Shown here: positions 39,358 to 46,640 of the stretch, piece by piece
Position numbering within the stretch: position 1 is the stretch's first letter
How the letters are laid out: each line of letters begins with the position of its first letter
The notes under the pieces: model-generated
Databases searched by the model: none
Told to the model about the DNA's origin: nothing
Seen by the model: only the letters and a program-made list of their open reading frames with translations
From: an uncultured Methanosarcinales archaeon
GTDB lineage: Archaea > Nanobdellota > Nanobdellia > Woesearchaeales > UBA9642
NCBI GenBank assembly: GCA_964545585.1
Contig: CAZJFT010000001.1
Span: forward strand, 6,056 to 70,055
DNA length: 64,000 nucleotides
Reading direction: 5' to 3'
Made by a program: the position numbers and the translations under genes

Positions 39358-40341
39358 TTATAATATTTCTATAGTCATTTCTTTGAACTCTTTCTCCTTC
39401 ATCATTTCAGCTTTCTTAGTCAGATGCCCAGTCATCAAGAATATGCACGGCATCCTTTTCTGATGCGAGAACACGAATGCGGTTGAAAGGTCTCCTTCAT
39501 TGACCGTCTTCTTGTCTTTCGCAACACAATATATGTATTCGTTAGAATCATGGTTCTTCAGCACTAATGAATATTCGGTCTTCTTTATCTTCTCCTTGCT
39601 GATGATGTCAAGGCCTTTGTTGTGAACATATTCTTTTATCTTCTCAAAGAAATCCTTCTTGCTTTCATGGGTGTGCGGAACGTCATGATGCTTGACATGT
39701 CTTGTCTCATGCATAGTCTCGCGTTTATGCTCGTGCGGAGTTTCAACCATTACCTCTGGTTTCGACTGCGGGGATACTATCTTCTCAGGATCTAAAGCAT
39801 TTTTTGCTGGGAGCGGTTCAGGAGTTACTGCCTGATGTATGGCTATGGCCTTGTCTGTCTGTGAAGAGTCTTCATCTAAAATGACGTATTTTGCACTCTT
39901 CTCATCCTGTTTGTTGATTTCAGATGCGAGTCTTTCTGCCTCTTCTTTTTCTACAAGAAAATATCTATAGAATAGCTTATTTCCTGATTCGAACGGCTTC
40001 GCAAAATCCTTTATCGTCTTCATTGAGACTCTTGTCAAAGGATCCAATCTCGATTCTTGCATGACTTTCTCTTCCTTTAATATACGAGCATTCTTCTGGT
40101 CCTTATCATTCAGGTATTGCATGAACTCTTCAAGCCGCGCTTCATGTTCAGGAATGTAATATATCGGGCTTCCCCCGACCTTCAATGAAGAATACCTTAT
40201 CTCTCCGGTGCTTATCATGCCAGAGAGTATGGCTCCTATCAACATCGTGTCCCCGCCGACCACTTTGACTATCTTGCTAGGTATTGTTGGTCCTTGCTTC
40301 ACGACTTCAAGTATCTTTTCTTTAGGAATATTTTGTAGCAT
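39358..40341 (-). CDS. Hypothetical protein with putative N-terminal winged-helix DNA-binding domain
   Basis: 327 aa; N-terminal ~70 aa resembles a TFE/TrmB-type wH (weak); upstream region has paired palindromes. Confidence 0.35.
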   Translation of the reverse strand: MLQNIPKEKILEVVKQGPTIPSKIVKVVGGDTMLIGAILSGMISTGEIRYSSLKVGGSPIYYIPEHEARLEEFMQYLNDKDQKNARILKEEKVMQESRLDPLTRVSMKTIKDFAKPFESGNKLFYRYFLVEKEEAERLASEINKQDEKSAKYVILDEDSSQTDKAIAIHQAVTPEPLPAKNALDPEKIVSPQSKPEVMVETPHEHKRETMHETRHVKHHDVPHTHESKKDFFEKIKEYVHNKGLDIISKEKIKKTEYSLVLKNHDSNEYIYCVAKDKKTVNEGDLSTAFVFSHQKRMPCIFLMTGHLTKKAEMMKEKEFKEMTIEIL

Positions 40342-40372
40342 ACTACTAAAGAATTGTAATGATTTAAATAAT

Positions 40373-40465
40373 TTGTCAAGAATCGTGAGACAAAACCGCC
40401 AGATAAATCAATACTTACAATGTAAGTATCTAATTATATTCTTGACATACTTACTATGTAAGTAT
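40373..40465. promoter_or_regulatory. Two 19-bp palindromic operator-like sites (ATACTTAC-N3-GTAAGTAT), centres 36 bp apart, nested in an outer IR tcaagaat/attcttga
   Basis: atacttacaatgtaagtat at 40411-40429 and atacttactatgtaagtat at 40447-40465, directly upstream of minus-strand gene start at 40341. Confidence 0.55.
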
Positions 40466-40592
40466 GGCATGTGCGTAAATCGAAAGGCAAAAAAATAATC
40501 ATAAGGATTCAAAAAAAATATAATAAGAATAGGTTAAAAACAAATTATCTATTAAAAACAACAATCGAAGAAAAAGAATAAACAGTCTTAAA

Positions 40593-41195
40593 TTAAGGTT
40601 TTAACCATTTTATCTCATAATATGTAACGTCTCCTTCATCATCGACTATTCCCATCATCAATCGCTTCTTTGTAGAATGAGCGACCCTGTTCTTTGCTGC
40701 GAACTCATACCATGTTAATGTGCTGCCTTCATGTACAGGATAGATTATCCATCGTGCGTGATCCTCCCCTGGCTTGACACCCCTGTCATATACCCTGAAG
40801 TCTGCACCGAACTTCAATGCAGTCTTTATTATATAACCCCTATTACGCATATCTTTGAATACACAATATCGTATATAGAAATTCGGCTCTAACTTGGTGG
40901 CTTTCTTCAGCAATGATTCGAAATTCAATGATTTGTTGCGTGAATCCTTCAACTCTAACTTGTTCTTCTCAAGCAGATATAACGCTTCAAGCAATGACAA
41001 TTGAAGCTTCCCTGACTCAAGAAGTGTACCATACCTTGATTGATTATAAAGCTCTCTAGTCTCATCGGAGGAATCTGCAATAACACGCTCATTCGCAAAT
41101 ACTGCCTTGACTTTCTCTTTTCTCGGTTTGCTATCTATTATGATGTCCTTCACTTTAAGCTTTGTCAAGTCCGTTTCTACTATATCCTCTGGCAT
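40593..41195 (-). CDS. endA: tRNA-splicing endonuclease EndA
   Basis: 200 aa; EALYLLEKNKL, YIRYCVFKDMRNRGYIIKTALKFGADFRVY, catalytic His in HARWIIYP. Confidence 0.8.
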   Translation of the reverse strand: MPEDIVETDLTKLKVKDIIIDSKPRKEKVKAVFANERVIADSSDETRELYNQSRYGTLLESGKLQLSLLEALYLLEKNKLELKDSRNKSLNFESLLKKATKLEPNFYIRYCVFKDMRNRGYIIKTALKFGADFRVYDRGVKPGEDHARWIIYPVHEGSTLTWYEFAAKNRVAHSTKKRLMMGIVDDEGDVTYYEIKWLKP

Positions 41196-41288
41196 GATAA
41201 AAGATATGAGATATGGTTTTTAAATGTTTGGTCTTATCCTGATGCCGCATTAAGAAAAATTTATATACTACTGCGAAATACTGACAAC

Positions 41289-41768
41289 ATGAATGAGTTG
41301 TTGTACGTTGGCCTGAACAACAGGGATCTAGAAGAAAAGATATCACGGGTCGTTCTACCACTGACCGAATATGATCTGGACGCAGGATTGAAAACACTAT
41401 CTGAACTTAAAGATAAGAAAGTGATACATTACACAAAAAATGAGCATGGGTGGCAGTACTGGCCGATACAAGAAGTTAAAGATATCAGACACATCAAAAG
41501 ATCCGGCCTGACATCATTAGCTAGAGAGATATTGTTGCCGTTCATTAAATTCGGAGAAGGAGTGGAGATAATGCTGGAAAATAGCAAAATAATGATACCG
41601 TTGAACGAATCACATAATTACAAAATAATAAGCTATCAGATGGGAAATTCGCCAAAGTATTATATGGGAAATGATTTCTTTGCAATAAGCATCCCGACAG
41701 AGTTCCATTCAAAAAAAGATTTTTCTAAGCACGTACTTACGTTCTGGAAACCAAATGGGTTTGATTAA
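41289..41768 (+). CDS. Hypothetical protein (start moved to internal Met to avoid antisense overlap with endA)
   Basis: ORF track gives 41040..41768; first 83 codons lie antisense to endA; MNELLYVGLN... at 41289 is the likely start. Confidence 0.4.
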   Translation: MNELLYVGLNNRDLEEKISRVVLPLTEYDLDAGLKTLSELKDKKVIHYTKNEHGWQYWPIQEVKDIRHIKRSGLTSLAREILLPFIKFGEGVEIMLENSKIMIPLNESHNYKIISYQMGNSPKYYMGNDFFAISIPTEFHSKKDFSKHVLTFWKPNGFD

Positions 41769-41817
41769 GACACTTAAAATTTATAAACCTCCTGCGATTC
41801 TATAATCTTGTGAAAAT

Positions 41818-42735
41818 ATGGAACTGACATTCTTAGGGACATCATGCATGGTGCCTACAAAAGAGAGAAACGTGACGGGAATCTTTCTTAGTTATGACAC
41901 TTACGGATTATTATTCGACTGCGGAGAAGGCACGCAGAGACAGATGAATATAGCAGGCATAAACAGGAATAAAGTTACTCATGTTTTCATATCTCATTGG
42001 CATGGCGATCACGTCTCAGGATTGATTGGATTGATACAGACCCTTGGAAATCAGAATGCACAGAATGAGGATAGGAAAAAATTAATCATATTCGGGCCTA
42101 GAGAGACAGAGAAGAGGATAGAGCATTTATTGCAGACATGCATATTCGACAATAAGCTCGTGATGGAAGTGCATGAGATAAATCCTAAGAAAAATGAGCG
42201 ATTGCTGGTTCTTGACAGGGAAGAATTCTATATAGAGGCAGCAGCGCTTGACCACGGAATACCTTGCCTAGGATACAGGTTTGTAGAGAAGGATGCTCGT
42301 AAGATTGACATGAAGAAAGCTACCGCAATGGGATTGACTGAAGGACCTTTGATAGGGAAGATACAACGAGGAGTCGATGTCGAATTGAATGGCAAGACAA
42401 TTACACCAGACATGGTATCAACAATAAAGAAAGGAAAAAAGATAGGGATAGTCTTGGATACGGGATTATGCCCCGGAGCGACATTGACTGCAGAAGATGT
42501 CGACCTGCTTATTTGTGAGGCATCATATGCATCGGACATTGAGGAGAAAGCAGAGAACAACAAGCATCTGACAGCGAAACAAGCAGCATTGCTCGCGTCT
42601 AACACGAACGTGAAAAAGTTAATTCTTACACATCTTTCTCAAAGATACAAGACACCGGGCGAGGTATTGGAAGATGCTCGCGACGTATTCGAGAACGTAG
42701 AAGTCGCATATGATTTCATGAAAGTGAAATTGTAA
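41818..42735 (+). CDS. rnz: Ribonuclease Z (tRNA 3' endonuclease)
   Basis: 305 aa; MELTFLGTS...LFDCGEGTQRQM...HVFISHWHGDHVSGL metallo-beta-lactamase RNase Z signature. Confidence 0.85.
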   Translation: MELTFLGTSCMVPTKERNVTGIFLSYDTYGLLFDCGEGTQRQMNIAGINRNKVTHVFISHWHGDHVSGLIGLIQTLGNQNAQNEDRKKLIIFGPRETEKRIEHLLQTCIFDNKLVMEVHEINPKKNERLLVLDREEFYIEAAALDHGIPCLGYRFVEKDARKIDMKKATAMGLTEGPLIGKIQRGVDVELNGKTITPDMVSTIKKGKKIGIVLDTGLCPGATLTAEDVDLLICEASYASDIEEKAENNKHLTAKQAALLASNTNVKKLILTHLSQRYKTPGEVLEDARDVFENVEVAYDFMKVKL

Positions 42736-42748
42736 TTAGAAAATAAAA

Positions 42749-43543
42749 TCATTGATCATCCAGCGGGCTTTTAACATTGATGCTTGTTCTTGCTGTATGT
42801 AAATAAACCATTGTCGTCTCAACACTTATATGTCCAAGCAATGATTGCACAGCCGTAATACCATAACCATCCTCAATCAAGTGCGTAGCGAATGAATGCC
42901 TGAATGTATGCGGATGCACATCTTTTTTGACTCCAGAATCTCTACATGCTCTCTTTATTATCTCCTGTACGCTTCGCATACTATAATGTGCCCCCTTATT
43001 CCCCATAAATAGGTAATGGGCCCCAAAATAATTCTTTAATTCTTCAGATACTGATTTTGGCAGTATGAACATCCTATCCTTTCCACCCTTCCCATTCCTC
43101 ACATAACCTATAAAATTTTGTAAATCAATATCTTCAGGCCTTAACCTCACCACTTCTGACACTCTCAATCCTGCACCATACATCAATGAGATAATCAGTT
43201 TCTGTTTAGGATTATTTATGGCATCGATTATTCTTCTGACCTCTTCTTTTGTCAGGCATGTTGGCAGCCTCTTCGGTCTCTTCGCATACCTTAATCCTAG
43301 ATTCATATTCTTATGCAGGACTTCGACCATCATGAACCTTAAGGCGGCATGCACAACATTTATGGTGTTGCCTGGACTATTCTTATATCTCTCCAAAAAC
43401 AATCTGATGTCCTTCTTTGATATCTTCTTAGGATCAGGATGCCTCTTTAAGAAATGCCTGATAAAAAGCAGATATGTGACCCTAGTTTTTGGGCTCAGAC
43501 GTCTAAACTCCATCTCCTCTCGACATGCCTCTAGAACATCCAT
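42749..43543 (-). CDS. xerA: Tyrosine recombinase (XerA/XerC/D-like)
   Basis: 264 aa; catalytic region HPHTFRHSFATHLIEDGYGITAVQSLLGHISVETTMVYLH (R..HxxR...Y); too short for an IntI-type additional domain. Confidence 0.8.
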   Translation of the reverse strand: MDVLEACREEMEFRRLSPKTRVTYLLFIRHFLKRHPDPKKISKKDIRLFLERYKNSPGNTINVVHAALRFMMVEVLHKNMNLGLRYAKRPKRLPTCLTKEEVRRIIDAINNPKQKLIISLMYGAGLRVSEVVRLRPEDIDLQNFIGYVRNGKGGKDRMFILPKSVSEELKNYFGAHYLFMGNKGAHYSMRSVQEIIKRACRDSGVKKDVHPHTFRHSFATHLIEDGYGITAVQSLLGHISVETTMVYLHTARTSINVKSPLDDQ

Positions 43544-43555
43544 GAATCACCTAAA

Positions 43556-43930
43556 TTATCTTTTTCTATATTTGAATTTCTTGTTATAATCTTTATGATT
43601 GAAAATATCTATGACTACTGCGATAATTTTTACTTCTTGTCCTTTTATAATATATATCATGCGCCAATACCCAGAAAGATTTACTTTCCATAGATTATCT
43701 GCATCATATGCAAGAATATATTCTTCAGGAATAAGATTCTTAGGCACTTGTATGCCGTAGGAAGGATCATTTTTCAATAATATTATTTTTTCTTTGATTG
43801 ACCTAAATAACATTTTTTGAAAATGTTTTGTTTTTTCAGAATCCTTTTCAATAGTTGCTTTTAATTTTTCAAAGAAATCTTTTGCTTCTCCTGCAAGAAC
43901 AACTTCAACTTCTTTTCCATGATAACTCAT
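43556..43930 (-). CDS. RelE/YoeB/ParE-superfamily toxin-like protein
   Basis: 124 aa; C-terminal NLSGYWRMIYIIKGQEVKIIAVVIDIFNHKDY resembles RelE/YoeB toxin core; 4-nt overlap with upstream small gene. Confidence 0.45.
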   Translation of the reverse strand: MSYHGKEVEVVLAGEAKDFFEKLKATIEKDSEKTKHFQKMLFRSIKEKIILLKNDPSYGIQVPKNLIPEEYILAYDADNLWKVNLSGYWRMIYIIKGQEVKIIAVVIDIFNHKDYNKKFKYRKR

Positions 43931-44187
43931 ACTTTCAAGCCTTCTCTGATGGCCTTGTCGAGTTTTGGACTTTCATTATGAATCCAAACAATTCCTTTGC
44001 GGCCGTCCAAGATCTTGCCACTATCCTCTAAATATTTAAGGACAACATTCAATGTCTGATGCATGACTTTTTTCCCTAATTTTTTCTTCAACTGCTCTCG
44101 CGTCATTGCGAGATTTGACTTCTTCAATACGTCTTCTATCATCAATACTGTCCTCAAACTTGGATAGTGCAATACCTTCAAAAACAA
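43927..44187 (-). CDS. Putative antitoxin / small DNA-binding protein
   Basis: 86 aa; first gene of operon antitoxin-toxin-recombinase; HTH-like central segment. Confidence 0.35.
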   Translation of the reverse strand: MFLKVLHYPSLRTVLMIEDVLKKSNLAMTREQLKKKLGKKVMHQTLNVVLKYLEDSGKILDGRKGIVWIHNESPKLDKAIREGLKV

Positions 44188-44192
44188 CCACC

Positions 44193-44241
44193 TTTTATAT
44201 AAATTTATACATATAAGTATATACTTTTATATAAATTTTAT
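44193..44241. promoter_or_regulatory. Divergent promoter region with direct repeats ttttatataaattt(a) x2 (TATA-like) flanking a palindrome tatacatataagtatata
   Basis: ccttttatataaatttatacatataagtatatacttttatataaatttta. Confidence 0.4.
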
Positions 44242-44349
44242 GGTTTGTTTCAAAGTAACATGATCAATATAGCATCTTTTATCTGTCTTTCTTAGAAAAA
44301 AACGTAAATCCTCTACCATCAACCGTAAATCCTTCAAATCGACATAAGC

Positions 44350-44390
44350 AATATTGCGTTTTAAACCCCTTAAAACGCAACCAATATTAT
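44350..44390. repeat. Imperfect ~40-bp palindrome: IR arms attgcgttttaa / ttaaaacgcaa around acccc
   Basis: aatattgcgttttaaaccccttaaaacgcaaccaatatt, ending 1 nt before the ATG at 44389. Confidence 0.6.
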
Positions 44391-44730
44391 GCTTCGCATA
44401 AAAAGGATTATGTGCAATTATTACTCGAAATTATTGGGCTCGAAAGTGTTAAATATAGAATCGCTTCTTCTACTCAATGTGAAACCTTATAATGATTATC
44501 GGAATCCTTATATTTACTTGATAAGCCTTATTTCGTTAATTCCATCAATTATAATCTGGTTTCTGACAAAGAACCTTTTTTTCAACACAAATAACATTTA
44601 TCTATATTATTTTCAGATTATTTTACATCCATTAATCTTGATGGCTGTGATCGGAATTGCTTATTATTTCCTTTGGAACAAGTATAAACAATCGAAGGAT
44701 TTCAAGAAGCGATACCCGAAGGCCCAATAA
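44389..44730 (+). CDS. Small membrane protein (2 TM)
   Basis: 113 aa; hydrophobic helices; basic C-terminus. Confidence 0.45.
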   Translation: MLRIKRIMCNYYSKLLGSKVLNIESLLLLNVKPYNDYRNPYIYLISLISLIPSIIIWFLTKNLFFNTNNIYLYYFQIILHPLILMAVIGIAYYFLWNKYKQSKDFKKRYPKAQ

Positions 44731-44893
44731 TTTCTGCGTCATAACTTCTGCGCTCTTCGGACTCACTTCGTTCGCCTCAGTGCTCGACTTTCACAGGAGG
44801 TCGCGCCTCGAGGGTAGATTACCTAACCACTCGAGTCGCTCCGCTCGCAAAAGGCACATAACATCGATTAGGCGAAATTCAGAATTCGGGCCG
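44731..44893. repeat. GC-rich mosaic spacer element 1 (shares blocks with elements at 45780-45882, 46209-46304, 46564-46640)
   Basis: Blocks ctgcgctcttcggactc...gcctcagtgctcg (direct copy in element 4), cgcaaaaggcacataacatcgatta (direct in element 3, inverted-like in element 2), ttcagaattcgggcc (inverted in element 2); internal hairpin GCGCCTCGAG...CTCGAGTCGC. Confidence 0.6.
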
Positions 44894-45794
44894 TAAATAG
44901 TCTTTTAATTGTTTATTTGATAATATTTTCTGATTGATTGTGTTAATAATAAAATTATAAGAATTATGCCTATTATTATCGTTATTATATCTATGCTTCT
45001 ATATAACATTTCAGGTTTTTTGAGTATAATAGAAAACGTATTCCAAGAATAATATGCGCTTGTTATCACTAAGAAACTTATCGAGGATATGGAGATAATC
45101 CACGTGTTCTTTTCTGGATTGTTTATTCTTATTGCCATAACTAATAATGCTATTGTAAGAATTATTCTTATGATTAGACTCCATAAATATTTTGATCCAT
45201 ATTGTAAGCTACTTATTCCTCCAGTAAAAATGTAGAAAATGGTTAAAGCAGTAAAAAAATATATTATCCATCTTATGATGTTTCGATATGTATCGCTTGA
45301 AGCAAGAACTTTTTCATTATCAATAGGGGTATGCCCACCAAAATAGTATAATCTAATATCTGGTCGTAATAATAGGTATAATACGACTACTCCTAATAAT
45401 AGCATGTAAAAATTCATATTTATAATAGAAAATGTTAAATTTCTTAGGGCAGAGTATGCAATTATAATTAAGGTTAAAATCAATAGTATTAGCCATACCC
45501 AAATACTTTTCTTATCCATAAAGAAAATAAGTACAATTAATGACAACGGAATAATATATATTAAACCCAAAATCCACAATGGTCCTCCACCCATCAAAAA
45601 TATTGGAAGCCCAAAAAAAGTAAGATAAACAATTAAGATAACTGCAAGAAAAGCCAATAATCCTTTTAATAACTTTAGTGATTTAGGAATATCAGCAGTA
45701 TCCAAAGTTTTATTCATGTTCTAACAATTCCAGTTATTGTTTAAATATTTTATCATAATATACGACAATGATACACATAGGCCCGAATTCTGAA
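44878..45794. repeat. Segment bracketed by 15-bp perfect inverted repeats ttcagaattcgggcc (44878-44892) / ggcccgaattctgaa (45780-45794), containing exactly one gene in opposite orientation to its neighbours
   Basis: Direct comparison of the two sites; enclosed gene 44905..45717 is on the minus strand while flanking small genes are on the plus strand. Confidence 0.7.
44905..45717 (-). CDS. Polytopic membrane protein (6-8 TM)
   Basis: 270 aa; highly hydrophobic with I/L-rich helices. Confidence 0.5.
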   Translation of the reverse strand: MNKTLDTADIPKSLKLLKGLLAFLAVILIVYLTFFGLPIFLMGGGPLWILGLIYIIPLSLIVLIFFMDKKSIWVWLILLILTLIIIAYSALRNLTFSIINMNFYMLLLGVVVLYLLLRPDIRLYYFGGHTPIDNEKVLASSDTYRNIIRWIIYFFTALTIFYIFTGGISSLQYGSKYLWSLIIRIILTIALLVMAIRINNPEKNTWIISISSISFLVITSAYYSWNTFSIILKKPEMLYRSIDIITIIIGIILIILLLTQSIRKYYQINN

Positions 45795-45882
45795 CTCAAA
45801 ACATCTTCGATGTTTTGCCTCGCTGTCGCTCGGTCGCCTAACAACAATTAGTTTCAATTCAGTTTAAGGCGCTTTGAAGTCA
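45780..45882. repeat. GC-rich mosaic spacer element 2
   Basis: ggcccgaattctgaa...tcgatgtt...gtcgctcggtcgcc...attagtttcaattcagtttaaggcgc. Confidence 0.55.
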
Positions 45883-46228
45883 CCAAAACAATTATAAACC
45901 TCTGTATTTATAATAGATTATGAACAAGAAATATCTTATACTCTTGATATGTGCACTAATAGTTTTGCCAATCATACTTTTCTATCCTAAAGAAAATAAT
46001 GTTTGGAATGATTCTTTTACTGCAGCCATAACAAAACAATATAAGAATATGGATTGTACTTGTATAGGCTTTACAGGAATGAAACCAGATTTGACTCAGT
46101 CAGATATTCAAATACAATTATGTTATGGCATACCTGTTGATTGTAAATATTCCTGTAAAAAAGAAATTGATGGCAAATGGCAAGATATTTCTTGTGAACA
46201 ATTAGATTAAAACGCGCCTTAAACTGAA
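45858..46228. repeat. Segment bracketed by 15-bp perfect inverted repeats ttcagtttaaggcgc (45858-45872) / gcgccttaaactgaa (46214-46228) containing one gene
   Basis: Direct comparison; the right repeat begins 4 nt after the stop codon of 45920..46210. Confidence 0.7.
45920..46210 (+). CDS. Small secreted cysteine-rich protein
   Basis: 96 aa; signal peptide MNKKYLILLICALIVLPIILF; 6 Cys in the mature part. Confidence 0.45.
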   Translation: MNKKYLILLICALIVLPIILFYPKENNVWNDSFTAAITKQYKNMDCTCIGFTGMKPDLTQSDIQIQLCYGIPVDCKYSCKKEIDGKWQDISCEQLD

Positions 46229-46304
46229 CTTTCTCGCCTTATGGCTCGAACTTTTCCTTGCGGAAAAGGAAACTAACATCGATTAATATCAATAGCGCCA
46301 CTAT
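46209..46304. repeat. GC-rich mosaic spacer element 3
   Basis: gcgccttaaactgaa...gcggaaaaggaaactaacatcgatta...atagcgccactat. Confidence 0.55.
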
Positions 46305-46577
46305 ACTATATGCGAAAGTATTAAATATAAGAAATACTAAAAACAACACATGGCTTGTGGCATGTTATATTTACCACTTTTTGGATTTATACATTTTAGT
46401 CTAGCGATATTACTTTGGTTATTACTAGGAATAATAATATCAACTATTCTTCCTAAATTTGTAAACAAGGAAAAAATTAATATTTTTAGGATATCTTTGG
46501 GGATAATTATTGTATTATTAATCATATATAGCTTCTTATTTGGAAGAGCATGTGTTGACTAATCATAGTGGCGCTAC
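46292..46577. repeat. Segment bracketed by ~12-bp inverted repeats atagcgccactat (46292-46304) / atagtggcgctac (46565-46577) containing one gene
   Basis: 11 of 13 positions perfectly complementary; right repeat begins 3 nt after the stop of 46350..46562. Confidence 0.6.
46350..46562 (+). CDS. Small membrane protein (2 TM)
   Basis: 70 aa; two hydrophobic helices. Confidence 0.4.
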   Translation: MACGMLYLPLFGFIHFSLAILLWLLLGIIISTILPKFVNKEKINIFRISLGIIIVLLIIYSFLFGRACVD

Positions 46578-46640
46578 TCTGCGGACTCTTCGAGTCCTTG
46601 CCTCACTAGCGTTCGGGGTGCTTAACACGCGATTAGTTTC
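46564..46640. repeat. GC-rich mosaic spacer element 4
   Basis: atagtggcgctactctgcggactcttcgagtccttgcctcactagcg (direct copy of element-1 block; hairpin GGACTCttcGAGTCC) + attagtttcaattc (direct copy from element 2). Confidence 0.55.

Noticed and set aside
40208-40498. 96-aa plus-strand ORF spanning the promoter region upstream of 39358..40341
   Set aside because: It overlaps the 5' end of the minus-strand gene and the palindromic operator region. It has the low-complexity composition of a non-coding spacer.
41040-41288. First 83 codons of ORF 41040..41768
   Set aside because: This segment is antisense to the well-supported endA gene (40593..41195) and has an unusual C/F/Y-rich composition. 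The start was moved to the Met at 41289.
42749-46640. Classical integron (IntI + attI + attC cassettes) interpretation of the recombinase-plus-small-genes region
   Set aside because: Not adopted as the primary call. The recombinase is only 264 aa, too short for the IntI-specific additional domain. It is co-directional with a TA pair rather than divergent from the array. The repeats pair across genes, not as single attC hairpins. It is kept only as an alternative hypothesis in the findings.
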